Below, piece by piece: positions 45,426-55,989 of a stretch of 64,000 bases of DNA (position 1 is its first letter; each line of letters opens with the position of its first letter). The translations under genes were made by a program, and so were the position numbers. The DNA comes from Candidatus Limnocylindria bacterium. Its GTDB lineage: Bacteria > Chloroflexota > Limnocylindria > QHBO01. The DNA lies in assembly GCA_030146365.1 (NCBI GenBank), contig JASLBU010000187.1:49-64048 (forward strand). Direction: 5' to 3'. The notes beneath the pieces are model-generated. The model ran no database searches. It saw only the letters and a list, made by a program, of their open reading frames with translations, and was not told the origin of the DNA.

Positions 45426-45603
45426 GCGCGGATGATACGTGCCGGATGGGGCGTCAGCGCCGCCGTCCGCCGACCTTGAGCGCCGCGAGACCAAGGCAGT
45501 ATGATGCGGCGACATTTGCGCCAGGAGCCGTTGGCCCGTGCGCGTCGGAGCGCCGCGAGGCTACGCGGCTGAACGCACCTACGAACGGTGTGAAGGAGAG
45601 TTC

Positions 45604-46758
45604 ATGCGAACGCATCTCGGCATGCCGGTGGCCGTCATGGTCATCCTCATGTTGGTCCTGGCGGCCTGCAGCGGAGGCGGCGGCGGCACGTCCGCCAGCG
45701 CAGCTGCCGAATCCACGGCGCCTGACACGAGCGCCCCCGCCTCCGAGTCCGCATCGGAGGCGCCCGAAGAGAGCGGAGCCGCCAGCGCGGACTACAAGGC
45801 ATGCATGGTGAGCGACGTCGGCGGCATCGACGACAACAGCTTCAACGAGAACGCCTGGGCCGGCATGGAGCAGGCACAGGAGGAGCTCGGCGTCGAGGTC
45901 ACCTTCCTCGAGTCGCGCTCGGCCGAGGATTACGCCCGGAACATCGACCAGCACATTGCCGACGGCTGCGACATGATCGTGACCGTGGGCTTCCTGCTCG
46001 GCGACGCGACCAAGGCGGCCGCGGAGGCAAATCCGGACACGCGCTTCGCGATCGTCGACTTCGCCTACGACCCGGCTCTCCCCAACGTCGAGGGCCTGGT
46101 CTACAACACCGCCGAGGCGGCGATGCTCGCCGGCTATGCATCGGCGTCGTGGTCGAAGACGGGCATCGTCGGCACGTTCGGCGGCATCAACATCGGCCCG
46201 GGCGTGACGGACTTCATGGACGGCTTCATCGCCGGGGTGAACTACTGGAACGAGCAGCAGGGCGAGGAGGTCCGCGTCCTGGGGGGCAGGGACCCGAACG
46301 ACGCCGACTCCGGAACGTTCACCGGCAACTTCGACAGCACCGATGACGCCGCGAACGTCACCAACGGCATGCTGCAGGAAGGCGCCGACGTCATCCTGCC
46401 GGTCGGCGGACCGATTGGCCAGGGGACCTTCGCCGCCATCGAGCAGGCGGGCGCCGACGCGGTCGGCCTGGGCGTGGACGTTGACTGGACCGAGAGCGTG
46501 CCCGACGCGGCGCCGCTCGTCCTCACGAGCATCATCAAGCGTATCGACAACTCGGTCTTTCAGGCCGTGGAGCGCGCGGTGAACGAGGAGGAGCCCCAGC
46601 CGACGTTCCTCAGCAACCTCGAGAACGAGGGAGTCGGCATCGCGCCGTTCCACGATTACGAGGACCAGATCGAGCAGTCGGTCAAGGACGACATCGCCGC
46701 CATGCAGGAGGCGATCATCGCCGGGGAGCTGAGCCCGTCCGACTACTACGGGGAGTAG
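45604..46758 (+). CDS. BMP-family (Med/PnrA-like) ABC transporter substrate-binding lipoprotein, nucleoside-type
   Basis: Lipoprotein signal MRTHLGMPVAVMVILMLVLAAC and the BMP-family core (MVSDVGGIDDNSFNENAWAGM) are present. Start at ATG 45604, which has a GAAGGAGAG RBS. Confidence 0.85.
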   Translation: MRTHLGMPVAVMVILMLVLAACSGGGGGTSASAAAESTAPDTSAPASESASEAPEESGAASADYKACMVSDVGGIDDNSFNENAWAGMEQAQEELGVEVTFLESRSAEDYARNIDQHIADGCDMIVTVGFLLGDATKAAAEANPDTRFAIVDFAYDPALPNVEGLVYNTAEAAMLAGYASASWSKTGIVGTFGGINIGPGVTDFMDGFIAGVNYWNEQQGEEVRVLGGRDPNDADSGTFTGNFDSTDDAANVTNGMLQEGADVILPVGGPIGQGTFAAIEQAGADAVGLGVDVDWTESVPDAAPLVLTSIIKRIDNSVFQAVERAVNEEEPQPTFLSNLENEGVGIAPFHDYEDQIEQSVKDDIAAMQEAIIAGELSPSDYYGE

Positions 46759-46844
46759 GGTCGACCACGACCCACCGATCGGTATCCTGACCGGGCGGCG
46801 TCCACCGGACGCCGCCCGGTCGTATCACCTCGAGGGTCGCCCGC

Positions 46845-48413
46845 GTGAAGCTCGAGCTCAGGGGGATCACCAAGCGCTTTCCCGGTGTGGTCGCGAACGA
46901 GGGAGTCGACCTCGTCGTGCGGCCGGGTGAAATTCACGGCCTCCTGGGCGAGAACGGCGCCGGGAAGACCACCCTGATGAACGTCCTGTACGGCCTCTAC
47001 CGGCCGGACGAGGGCGAAATTCTCATCGACGAGCAACCGGTCCAGTTCTCCGGTCCCGCGGACGCCATCGCGGCCGGCATCGGCATGGTGCACCAGCACT
47101 TCATGCTCGTCCCGGTGTTCACCGTGACCGAGAACATCATGCTGGGGGTGGAGTCGACCCGGCCGCCCTTCGGCCGCCTGGACAAGCCCGCGGCCCGGCG
47201 GCGGATCATGGAGATCTCGGAGCGCCACAAACTCCGCATCGATCCCGATGCCCTGGTCGAGGATCTGCCCGTCGGCGTCCGCCAGCGCGTGGAGATCATC
47301 AAGACCCTCTACCGCTGGTCCGACATCCTGATCCTGGACGAGCCGTCCGCCGTCCTGACCCCGCAGGAGACCGATGAGCTGATCGAGGTGATGCGGTCCC
47401 TGCTCGAGATCGGCACGTCGATCATCTTCATCACCCACAAGCTCAACGAGGTCCGTAAGGTCGCCGACCGGATCACGGTCCTTCGCCGCGGGAGGGTCGT
47501 CGGGACGACGACGCCGGCCGAGTCGAGCCGCGAGGAGCTCGCGGCGATGATGGTGGGCCGCAACGTGCAGCTCGTCGTCGACAAGGCCCCATCGAATGCC
47601 GGCGCGCCGGTGCTCGAGATTTCGGACCTTGTCGTCCGCGACGATCGCGGGCAGGCTGCGGTCAACGGGCTCAGCCTGAGCGTTCACGCCGGCGAGATCC
47701 TGGCCATCGCGGGCGTCCAGGGCAACGGGCAGTCGGAGCTCGTCGAGGCGATCACCGGGCTCCGGGAGCCGGACTCGGGCTCCGTCGAGCTGGATGGCGC
47801 ACCGATGCCGAGCGACCCTCGCGCCGTGTACGAGGCGGGCGTGGCGCACGTGCCGGAGGACCGGATGGAGGACGGCCTCATCGGCGACTTCACCGTCGCC
47901 GACAACCTCGTCCTGACCGGCTACTGGCAGGAGCCGTACTCCCAGCGCTTCCAGCTGAATGGCGATGCCATCGTGGAGTCGGCGGACCGCCTCGTCTCCG
48001 AGTTCGACATCCGAACGCCATCGATCTTCAACCACGTCGGGAACCTGTCGGGCGGCAACCAGCAGAAGGTCATCGCCGCGCGAGAGTTCTCACGCCCCCT
48101 CAAGCTGCTGGTGGGGGCACAGCCGACCCGCGGCCTCGACGTCGGATCGATCGAGTACATCCATCGCCGCATCGTTTCCAAGAGGGACGAGGGCGCCGCG
48201 GTGCTGATCGTGTCGAGCGAGCTCGACGAGGTGCTCGCCCTCGGAGACCGGATCGCGGTGATGTACCAGGGAACGATCGTGGACGTGCTCGACCGGTCCG
48301 AGGCGACGCTCGAGCGTCTCGGGCTCCTGATGGGCGGCGCTCATCCGGAGGAGCACGACCCGAAGGAGGCTGCCGCCATGGCACGGGGTACCGCAATCGT
48401 GACCGATGCCTGA
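46845..48413 (+). CDS. ABC transporter ATP-binding protein with two fused ABC domains (nucleoside/ribose type)
   Basis: Two Walker A sites (GENGAGKTT, and GVQGNGQSEL in the degenerate second domain) and two signature motifs are present. Confidence 0.9.
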   Translation: MKLELRGITKRFPGVVANEGVDLVVRPGEIHGLLGENGAGKTTLMNVLYGLYRPDEGEILIDEQPVQFSGPADAIAAGIGMVHQHFMLVPVFTVTENIMLGVESTRPPFGRLDKPAARRRIMEISERHKLRIDPDALVEDLPVGVRQRVEIIKTLYRWSDILILDEPSAVLTPQETDELIEVMRSLLEIGTSIIFITHKLNEVRKVADRITVLRRGRVVGTTTPAESSREELAAMMVGRNVQLVVDKAPSNAGAPVLEISDLVVRDDRGQAAVNGLSLSVHAGEILAIAGVQGNGQSELVEAITGLREPDSGSVELDGAPMPSDPRAVYEAGVAHVPEDRMEDGLIGDFTVADNLVLTGYWQEPYSQRFQLNGDAIVESADRLVSEFDIRTPSIFNHVGNLSGGNQQKVIAAREFSRPLKLLVGAQPTRGLDVGSIEYIHRRIVSKRDEGAAVLIVSSELDEVLALGDRIAVMYQGTIVDVLDRSEATLERLGLLMGGAHPEEHDPKEAAAMARGTAIVTDA

Positions 48414-49695
48414 CGAGCCGCTCGCCTCGGTCGCACCGTCGGCGCACGACGGGTCCGCTGGCCCGGCACCGAACGAGGTTCGCGACGATCCACCGCGATC
48501 GTCGCGCGTCGCTTCCGTGCTCCGCGGCATCCTCCTCCCCGCCCTCGCCCTCCTCATCGCGTTCGCGGTCGGTGCGGTCGTCATCGTGTTCACCGACTTC
48601 GAGCTCCTCGCGCTGTGGGCCAGCGATCCGATCGCGGCGATCGGGGCATCGTGGTCATCCGTGGCGGGAACCTACGGCGCCCTGCTCCGTGGCTCCATCG
48701 GAGACCCGGGGCAGCTTCTCGGCGCGGTCGTCGCGCTCGACGGGGACGCGCTGCGTCGTGCCTTCATCCCACTGTCCGAGACCATCGTCTCCACGACCCC
48801 GCTCATCCTGACCGGCCTGTCCGTCGCCCTGGCGTTCAGGGTGGGGCTGTTCAACATCGGCGCGGAAGGCCAGCTGTACATCGGCGCGCTGCTGTCGGTG
48901 ATCGTCGGGTTCAGTTTGGTGGGGCTGCCGTGGTTCCTGCACCTGCCGCTGGCGGTGCTGGCGGGCTTCGCCGGTGGAGCGCTGTGGGGCTTCGTGCCCG
49001 GCGTGCTCAAGGCGCGCACGGGGGCGCACGAGGTGATCGTCACGATCATGCTCAACTTCGTCGCGTACAACCTGATCAACTGGGCACTCAAGACGGAGCT
49101 GGTCCAGCGCGAGGGCCGCTCGGATCCGATCTCGGAGGTGGTCCAGCCGACGGCGGCGCTGGTGCCGATCGTCGAGGGCCTCCGAGCCAACTGGGGGATC
49201 GCGATCGCGCTCGCCGCGGCGGTGGCGGTATGGTGGCTCCTCTTCCGGTCGACGAAGGGATTCGAGTTCCGCGCCGTCGGCTTCAACCCCCGCGCCGCGC
49301 GCTACGCGGGGATGAGCATCTCGTGGTCCACGATCCTGTCGATGGCCATCGCGGGCGGCCTCGCCGGCCTCGCGGGGGCCGCCGTCATCCTCGGGGGGTC
49401 GCGCACCCTCTCCCCCGGCTTCTCCCCCGGCTATGGCTTTGACGGAATCGTCGTCGCGCTCGTCGGCGGCACACGCCCGCTGGGTGTCGTGGCCGCCGCG
49501 TTCCTGTTCGGCGCCCTTCGCGCCGGCGCCACGCCGATGCAGGCGGCCACCGGCACGCCGATCGACATCGTCGTCGTCATCCAGGCGCTCGTGATCATGT
49601 TCATGGCCGCGCCCGCACTGGTGCGCGCGATCTTCCGGATTCGCGCCGAGCGTCGAGTGGGGGCCGAGGTGTTCGCCAAGGGGTGGGGCTCGTGA
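48406..49695 (+). CDS. ABC transporter permease (BMP-system, YufP-like)
   Basis: Polytopic membrane protein. Overlaps the upstream ATPase by 8 nt. Confidence 0.8.
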   Translation: MPDEPLASVAPSAHDGSAGPAPNEVRDDPPRSSRVASVLRGILLPALALLIAFAVGAVVIVFTDFELLALWASDPIAAIGASWSSVAGTYGALLRGSIGDPGQLLGAVVALDGDALRRAFIPLSETIVSTTPLILTGLSVALAFRVGLFNIGAEGQLYIGALLSVIVGFSLVGLPWFLHLPLAVLAGFAGGALWGFVPGVLKARTGAHEVIVTIMLNFVAYNLINWALKTELVQREGRSDPISEVVQPTAALVPIVEGLRANWGIAIALAAAVAVWWLLFRSTKGFEFRAVGFNPRAARYAGMSISWSTILSMAIAGGLAGLAGAAVILGGSRTLSPGFSPGYGFDGIVVALVGGTRPLGVVAAAFLFGALRAGATPMQAATGTPIDIVVVIQALVIMFMAAPALVRAIFRIRAERRVGAEVFAKGWGS

Positions 49696-50972
49696 CCGCG
49701 GCGGCGGCGACCGGCACCACGATCACGCGAGCCGACCGCCGCGCCCGAACCAGGCAGCGCATCCTGGGCGTCTTCTACCTGGCGGTGGCCGTCGTCATGG
49801 TGGTCGGCTTCGCCTTCGGCGTCGCCGGTGACGACACGTCCGCATTCGGGCTGACCGCACCGACCGCGCCGATCGTCCTGCCGAACCTGGTGGTCCCCTC
49901 CGCGGCCACGCTGTACCTGCTCTCGGGCGCCGTCGCCTTCGCCGGGGCCGTCCAGCTGACGCGCGGCTTCGGAAGCCGGTGGGCCGTGCTGCTGGCCCTC
50001 GTGGCGATCGCGTTCGTGGTGGCGTTCCTGACGTGGGTGGCGGCCGGTCAGTCCATGAACCTCACCGGCCTGCTGGAGACGACCGTCCAGCGGTCGGTGC
50101 CGATCGTCTTCGGCGCGCTCTCCGGCGTGCTCTGCGAACGGGCTGGCGTGGTGAACATCGCCATCGAGGGCATGCTCCTCTCCGGCGCCTTCCTCTCGGC
50201 CGTCGTCACGAGCGCGACCGACAACCCGTGGCTCGGCATCCTCTCGGCCATCGCCATCGGCGGCCTCCTCGCGGCGCTCCTCGCGATCCTGGCCATCCGC
50301 TACCGGGTGGACCAGATCATCGCCGGGTTCTTCATCAACATCCTCGTCACTGGGCTCACGGCCTTTCTCTCCGTGCGCGTGCTGCAGCCGTACCAGGACG
50401 AGCTGAACACCCCCGAGCGGCTGGGGCCGATACCGATTCCCTTCCTGTCGGACATCCCCATCCTCGGTCCGGTGCTGTTCCGGCACACCTTCTTCGTGTA
50501 CGCGCTGTTCGCCCTCATCGTCATCATCCACCTCGGGCTGTTCTATACGCGCTGGGGCCTCAGGGTGCGGGCCGTCGGTGAGCATCCCAAGGCAGCCGAC
50601 ACCGTGGGCATCGACGTCTATCGGGTGCGCTACATCACCGTGATCCTGGGCGGAATGGTCGCCGGGCTCGGCGGCGCCTACTTCACCATCGGCTCGACCG
50701 GCGGCTTCGAGCGGGAGATGACGGCGGGGCGGGGGTTCATCGGCCTCGCGGCGATGATCTTCGGGGGCTGGAACCCCATCGGCGCGTTCCTCGCCGGCCT
50801 GGTGTTCGGCTTCGCGGACGCCATCCAGTCGCGGCTGTCGATCCTCAACATCGCGATCCCGTCGGAGTTCCTGCTGATGGTGCCGTACATCGTCACGATC
50901 GTCGTGGTGGCCGGCCTGGTCGGGCGCGCCCGAGCGCCCGCCGCGGACGGAAAGCCGTACGTCAAGGACTGA
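49683..50972 (+). CDS. ABC transporter permease (BMP-system, YufQ-like)
   Basis: Polytopic membrane protein. Overlaps the upstream permease by 13 nt. Confidence 0.8.
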   Translation: MGLVTAAAATGTTITRADRRARTRQRILGVFYLAVAVVMVVGFAFGVAGDDTSAFGLTAPTAPIVLPNLVVPSAATLYLLSGAVAFAGAVQLTRGFGSRWAVLLALVAIAFVVAFLTWVAAGQSMNLTGLLETTVQRSVPIVFGALSGVLCERAGVVNIAIEGMLLSGAFLSAVVTSATDNPWLGILSAIAIGGLLAALLAILAIRYRVDQIIAGFFINILVTGLTAFLSVRVLQPYQDELNTPERLGPIPIPFLSDIPILGPVLFRHTFFVYALFALIVIIHLGLFYTRWGLRVRAVGEHPKAADTVGIDVYRVRYITVILGGMVAGLGGAYFTIGSTGGFEREMTAGRGFIGLAAMIFGGWNPIGAFLAGLVFGFADAIQSRLSILNIAIPSEFLLMVPYIVTIVVVAGLVGRARAPAADGKPYVKD

Positions 50973-51907
50973 TGGCGACCGCGACCCGCGTGGTGCTCGA
51001 CTGCGACCCGGGGCACGATGACGCGCTCGCCATCCTGCTCGCGGCGGCGTCGCCGGCCCTCCAGCTGGAGGCGATCACCACCGTCGCGGGCAACCAGACG
51101 CTCGAGAAGGTCACCCTCAACGCGCAGCGCGTCTGCAGCGCGGCCGGCATCCGCTCGGTTCCGATCGCCGCCGGCTGCGATCGCCCGCTGGAGCGCGAGC
51201 TGACCGTCGCGGCGGCGATCCATGGGACGTCGGGATTGGATGGGCCCGCATGGGGCGAGGTCTCCGTCCCGGTCGAGGGACGCCATGCGGCCGACCTGCT
51301 GATCGACCTGGGCATGGCCGGGGGCCTGACGGTGATCGCCACCGGACCGCTGACCAACGTCGCCACCGCTCTGCGCCGCGAGCCACGGCTGAGGGCACGC
51401 CTCGAGCGAGTCGTCGTCATGGGCGGTGCGATCGGCCTCGGGAACTGGACGCCGTCCGCCGAGTTCAACATCTACGCCGACCCGGAGGCGGCGGCCGAGG
51501 TCGTCGCCGCGGGGCTGTCGCTCACGCTCGTTCCGCTCGAGGTGACGCACCAGGCTGTCGCCACGCCGTCCCGCATGCACGAGGTGAGGATGCTGGAGTC
51601 GCGGGTGAGCCGCATCACGGAGGAGCTCATGGGCTACTTCGCGGCCACGTATCGCAGCGTGTTCGACTTTCCGCATCCGCCCGTACACGACCCGTGCGCC
51701 GTCGCGGCGGTCATCGATTCGGCCACCGTGAAGACGAGGCGAATCCACGTCGCGGTCGAAACGACCTCCGACCTGACGCGCGGGCGAACGTCCTGCGACG
51801 TCTTCGGCACGACCGGTCGCCCGGCGAACGCGGAGGTCGGGGTCGCGCTCGACGCGGACCGCTTCTGGAACCTGATGGTCGACGCCCTGGCGACGTACCG
51901 GGACTAG
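50972..51907 (+). CDS. Nucleoside hydrolase (inosine-uridine preferring family)
   Basis: The N-terminal DxDxxxDD motif (DCDPGHDDALAI) is the hallmark Ca-binding site. Its ATG overlaps the upstream permease stop by 1 nt. Confidence 0.85.
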   Translation: MATATRVVLDCDPGHDDALAILLAAASPALQLEAITTVAGNQTLEKVTLNAQRVCSAAGIRSVPIAAGCDRPLERELTVAAAIHGTSGLDGPAWGEVSVPVEGRHAADLLIDLGMAGGLTVIATGPLTNVATALRREPRLRARLERVVVMGGAIGLGNWTPSAEFNIYADPEAAAEVVAAGLSLTLVPLEVTHQAVATPSRMHEVRMLESRVSRITEELMGYFAATYRSVFDFPHPPVHDPCAVAAVIDSATVKTRRIHVAVETTSDLTRGRTSCDVFGTTGRPANAEVGVALDADRFWNLMVDALATYRD

Positions 51908-52650
51908 GGCCGGAGGGCCTCCGTCGGCACGTACGGGTGCAACGCCGGCGGCTCGCGCAGCAGGCCGATCGGATGGCCGGCCGCCGCCATGTCGCGCACC
52001 ACGGCCATGTGATCGTAGTCCACGGAGCGAAAGCCGACGGCGATGTCCGGCTCGCCGAAGTAGACCACGGCGTACCGAGCGCGGGCGTCGCCTCCGGTGC
52101 CGCAGCCGACGGACCCGCAGGCGACGAAGTGCGCCTGTCCCACCACCCGGTGGAACGCCTCGTGGGTGTGCCCGAAGGCGAACAGGTCGTCCGCCTCGTC
52201 GCTGCCGATGCGAGCGAGCACCCGTGACGGTCGCGATGACCACAGGTATTCGTTCTCCCGGATCGGCGAGCCATGGAAGAGCTGGACCGAGCGCCCGGCA
52301 AGCGAGATCCGCAGGCTCTTGGGCAGCTGTCGAAGCCAGCTGCGGTTCTCCTCGCTCATCGTCTCGGCGGTCCAGCGCATGGACGCGTTGCCGTCCCGCT
52401 CGGCTTCCGCGGATACCCATGCCGCGCCTGTCTGCTCGCGGTCCATCCCGACGGCCTCGTCCCAGTTGCCCTGCACGGTGGGAATCTCGAGGCGTCGCAG
52501 CTCCTCGACGACCTCGTTGGGATGCGGTCCCCGCCCGACGACATCACCGACGCAGAAGATCGCGTCTGCGCCGATGCGTGCAGCGTCGTCGATGACGGCG
52601 CGCAGCGCAGGGGCGTTGGCGTGGACGTCACCGATGATGGCGATTCGCAT
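51904..52650 (-). CDS. Metallophosphoesterase (YfcE/MJ0936-like)
   Basis: IAIIGDVHAN, GDVVGRGP and GNWDE blocks are present. Start re-anchored at ATG 52650. Confidence 0.7.
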   Translation of the reverse strand: MRIAIIGDVHANAPALRAVIDDAARIGADAIFCVGDVVGRGPHPNEVVEELRRLEIPTVQGNWDEAVGMDREQTGAAWVSAEAERDGNASMRWTAETMSEENRSWLRQLPKSLRISLAGRSVQLFHGSPIRENEYLWSSRPSRVLARIGSDEADDLFAFGHTHEAFHRVVGQAHFVACGSVGCGTGGDARARYAVVYFGEPDIAVGFRSVDYDHMAVVRDMAAAGHPIGLLREPPALHPYVPTEALRP

Positions 52651-52750
52651 GGCGAGGATATTCGGCCCCGCCCGCCGACGCGGCAATCCCCCGCCGGGTC
52701 CTCGTCACTCCGGGACTTTCAGCGCGCGCCCCCGCCCGCGCTGGCTGGGC

Positions 52751-53836
52751 TCAGGCGGCGCCGACGCGCGCCAGCGGAGCAGCCAGGACGCTCACGCGCC
52801 CCGCCACCGCGCGCGCGACCTCGCGCAGGGCGAGCGCCGCCGGTGACGTCTCGCCACCGGGGTACTGGGTCGACGTGATCGGGACGCCGGCGTCACCACC
52901 CGCCCGCACGCCCGGCTCGATCGGGATACGGCCGAGCACGTCGAGCTCGAGTTCGCGCGCGAACTTCTCCGCACCGCCGGTGCCGAAGATGTCGTGCTCC
53001 GATCCGCAATCCGGGCAGATGAAGCCGCTCATGTTCTCGATGACGCCGAGCGTGCGCACGTTCACCTTGTTGAACATGGCGACCGCCTTCCTCGCGTCGA
53101 GGAGGCTGACCTCCTGCGGCGTGGTGACGATCACCGCGCCGGTGAGCGGGATGAGCTGGCTGAGGCTGAGCGCCGCGTCGCCGGTCCCCGGTGGCAGGTC
53201 GATGACGAGATAGTCGAGCTCGCCCCATTCCACGTCACGCAGGAATTGCGCGATCGCGGAGTGGATGAGCGGGCCGCGCCAGATCACCGGCGCATCCGCC
53301 TGCAGGAAATACTGGATGCTCATCATCTGCACGCCGTGGCTGATCACGGGGTTCGGTCGGCCGCCGTTGCCGGTGACGTGCGCGCCCTGGGTGCCCATCA
53401 TCAGGGGCACGTTGGGACCCGTGATGTCCGCATCCAGCAGGCCGACGCGCGCACCGTCGCGCGCAAGGCTGACGGCCAGGTTGACCGCGACCGTCGACTT
53501 GCCCACGCCGCCCTTGCCGGACGCCACGGCGATGGTGTTGCGGACGCCGGGGATGAGGTCCGCCGCCGGACCGCCGAAGCTGCGCTTGACGTTGCTGGCC
53601 CAGTCAACGCGCACGAGGTCGGCGCCCAGCGGGGCGAGCGCCTCGACGATGTCGTTCTCGATCGTCGCCTTGAGCGGGCACGCCGGGGTCGTGAGCTCGA
53701 CGGTCAGATCGACGACGGCGCCCGCGATCGTGACGTTCTTCACCATCCCGAGCGAGACGAGATCGCGCCCGATCTCGGGGTCCTTGACCCCGCCGAGCGC
53801 GGCGAGGATGTTTTCATCTGTCAGCTGGTTCAACAT
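52751..53836 (-). CDS. Mrp/NBP35-family Fe-S cluster carrier ATPase (ApbC)
   Basis: N-terminal MIP18/DUF59-like domain, P-loop VASGKGGVGKST and the CPDCG Cys pair are present. Start re-anchored at ATG 53836. Confidence 0.85.
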   Translation of the reverse strand: MLNQLTDENILAALGGVKDPEIGRDLVSLGMVKNVTIAGAVVDLTVELTTPACPLKATIENDIVEALAPLGADLVRVDWASNVKRSFGGPAADLIPGVRNTIAVASGKGGVGKSTVAVNLAVSLARDGARVGLLDADITGPNVPLMMGTQGAHVTGNGGRPNPVISHGVQMMSIQYFLQADAPVIWRGPLIHSAIAQFLRDVEWGELDYLVIDLPPGTGDAALSLSQLIPLTGAVIVTTPQEVSLLDARKAVAMFNKVNVRTLGVIENMSGFICPDCGSEHDIFGTGGAEKFARELELDVLGRIPIEPGVRAGGDAGVPITSTQYPGGETSPAALALREVARAVAGRVSVLAAPLARVGAA

Positions 53837-53960
53837 GAGTCGGGCTCGGGCTCCTCGGGATGCGGGGCCGGTGCGGCCCGCTGAGCGTACCAGAGCGCGC
53901 TTCGAAAGGCAGAGCGCGCACCTGGAGCTGAGGCCGTCAGCGCGGCGGCGGCAGGACGGT

Positions 53961-54770
53961 CTAGGGAAGCCCGTCGAAGAGGGATGACTCCCCAGCCGGG
54001 GGGTGGTCGAACACCGAGGCGGCCAGGCGATAGTGCTCGGTGGCCAGCCAGGCGTCCCGTGACGCGGGATCCCAGTCGTGGAACGGCCCCGCCGACCCGG
54101 TCTGCGACACGTGCCGCCGGATCGCGGCGAGCTTGAGCTCGGCAAGCTCGCCGAGCTCGAGGGCAAGCGTCGGTTCCCCGGAGGAGCCGAACCCCTCGCT
54201 CGGCGCGCGGTCACCGAGCACCGCGCTCACCCGGTCGCGCGGCACGACGAGGTGGTAGAGCTTGGCCGTGCGCCAGGCCACCTGGTCCTCCTCCAGGTCG
54301 TCCTCGAAGGCGAGCGGCTCCCCGGCCAGGCGGTACGCGGCGTCCACCGCGCGCGAAAGGACGACGTGGTCGGGATCACCGGTGATGCCGTCCGGGCCGA
54401 ACGTGAGAATCACCTCCGGGCGGTGCATCCGGATCGGCTCCACCAGGCGGGCGACAAGCTGGTCCTGGTCCACGCGGTCGAGGTCACCCTCGGAGTAGTC
54501 GAGCATCCGGACGACCCGCACGCCGAGCAGGGAAACGGAGCGCCGGAGCTCGTCCTCCCGGACGGTGTCCAGGTTTCGCCACGTGATGGCATCGAGCTTG
54601 ACGTCGCGGTTCTTGCCTCCGGGCGACGGCGCCTTTTCCGTGAGGCGGGCGTCGAACCATCCCCGGGTGACGCACACCACGACGACGTAAGCACCGGCCG
54701 CGGCCGCGGCCGCGATCGCCCCGCCGAATCCGAACGATTCGTCACCAGGGTGGGCGACGACGACCATCAT
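53961..54770 (-). CDS. PIG-L/LmbE-family N-acetylglucosaminyl deacetylase
   Basis: Motifs VVVAHPGDESFG and HPDH-like (GDPDHVV) are present. Start chosen at ATG 54770. Confidence 0.7.
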   Translation of the reverse strand: MMVVVAHPGDESFGFGGAIAAAAAAGAYVVVVCVTRGWFDARLTEKAPSPGGKNRDVKLDAITWRNLDTVREDELRRSVSLLGVRVVRMLDYSEGDLDRVDQDQLVARLVEPIRMHRPEVILTFGPDGITGDPDHVVLSRAVDAAYRLAGEPLAFEDDLEEDQVAWRTAKLYHLVVPRDRVSAVLGDRAPSEGFGSSGEPTLALELGELAELKLAAIRRHVSQTGSAGPFHDWDPASRDAWLATEHYRLAASVFDHPPAGESSLFDGLP

Positions 54771-54836
54771 GCTCCGGGCAGGAGCTCGCTCGCGAACCGG
54801 CCGCCAGATCGAGGACACGGCCGGCAGTATACGGTC

Positions 54837-55910
54837 CTATGCGCCGACCCCGATGGGCATCGCCGCGCGGCCGTCGGGGCTCCGATCACGCCCCGCGACG
54901 GACGAATCGATGGTCGGCACACGGTCCAGGAAGCTTGCCCGGTGGCCCACCCGAATGACCTCCTCGGTCTCCTCCAGCGACAGGATCTCGTGGCGCAGCA
55001 ACAGCTGCAGCTCGGCACGCAGGTACGAGCGGAGCATCTCCGGGCCGTCGGTGCTGATCGTGAACGGCACCTCCCCGTCGATGAGCGCCCGGATCACGCG
55101 CCGGATCTCCGCGACGCTCGCCAGGACGCCGGTGTTCAGGTTCGAGCTCGGACACACCTCGAGCACGGTGCCCCGCTCCCGGACCATCGAGAGCACGGAG
55201 GGGTCCTCCACGCTTCGGACCCCGTGGCCGATGCGGTCCGGGTGGAGGGCCTCGACCGCCTCGCGCACCTCCTCGGGCCCGCCCGTCTCACCGGCATGGA
55301 CCGTGAGGCCCAGCCCGGCTCGCCGGCACTGCTCGTAGACGTCGCGGTACTCGGCGAAGCGAAAGCCGGGGACGACCGGTCCCGCGATGTCGATGCCGAC
55401 CACGCCGCGGCTCTGCCAGGCGATCGCCTTGGCGGCGATGATCTCGTTCAGCTGGCGGCTGAAGCCGCGGTCGAGGCAGAAGATGAGCCCGGCGCGGACC
55501 TGGGGATACTCCAGCACGGCTCTGTCCATGCCGCGCAGCGCCGCGGCGATGATCTGGTCCAGGTCCTGCTCGCCGCCGCGGTTCCGCTTCATGGGATTGA
55601 AGCGCAGCTCGAGCTGTGTCACGTTGTTCTTCCGGTAGGCGCCACCGATGACCTCGTACACGCTGCGCTCGACCGCGATCGGGCTGGATTGGATCAGCTC
55701 CGTCCAGTGGAAGAGCTCCAGGTACGAGGCAAACGTTCGGCGCCGCCGCCCGACCGTGATCAGATCCCGGAACGCCCAGTAGTCCTTCGTCGGCAGCCGG
55801 ATCCCCTGCGCGTGCGCGATCCCCCACATGATGGCGGGGGTGACGGCCGCACCGAGGTGGACGTGGAGCTCGGCCAAAGGCGTCCGGGGGTCAAGGCGCG
55901 GTCGGGTCAT
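54837..55910 (-). CDS. Adenosine/adenine deaminase-family protein (second copy)
   Basis: ELHVHLGAA, VHAGET, RIGHGV, CPSSNL and ISTDGP blocks are present. Confidence 0.75.
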   Translation of the reverse strand: MTRPRLDPRTPLAELHVHLGAAVTPAIMWGIAHAQGIRLPTKDYWAFRDLITVGRRRRTFASYLELFHWTELIQSSPIAVERSVYEVIGGAYRKNNVTQLELRFNPMKRNRGGEQDLDQIIAAALRGMDRAVLEYPQVRAGLIFCLDRGFSRQLNEIIAAKAIAWQSRGVVGIDIAGPVVPGFRFAEYRDVYEQCRRAGLGLTVHAGETGGPEEVREAVEALHPDRIGHGVRSVEDPSVLSMVRERGTVLEVCPSSNLNTGVLASVAEIRRVIRALIDGEVPFTISTDGPEMLRSYLRAELQLLLRHEILSLEETEEVIRVGHRASFLDRVPTIDSSVAGRDRSPDGRAAMPIGVGA

Positions 55911-55989
55911 CGGCCTCCGCAGGTGACGTGTGCGGCGGAGTGTAGCGCAGCGCCGCGGGCCGCCGGGCCGATGCTAGAATCGGCCCGCC

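Noticed and set aside
45426-45603. 178-bp leader upstream of the BMP nucleoside-binding lipoprotein as a possible purine riboswitch
   Set aside because: I could not find the conserved purine-riboswitch core (the U-rich junction, or the YGG/CCR pairing elements) by eye. It is probably just a promoter and 5' UTR.
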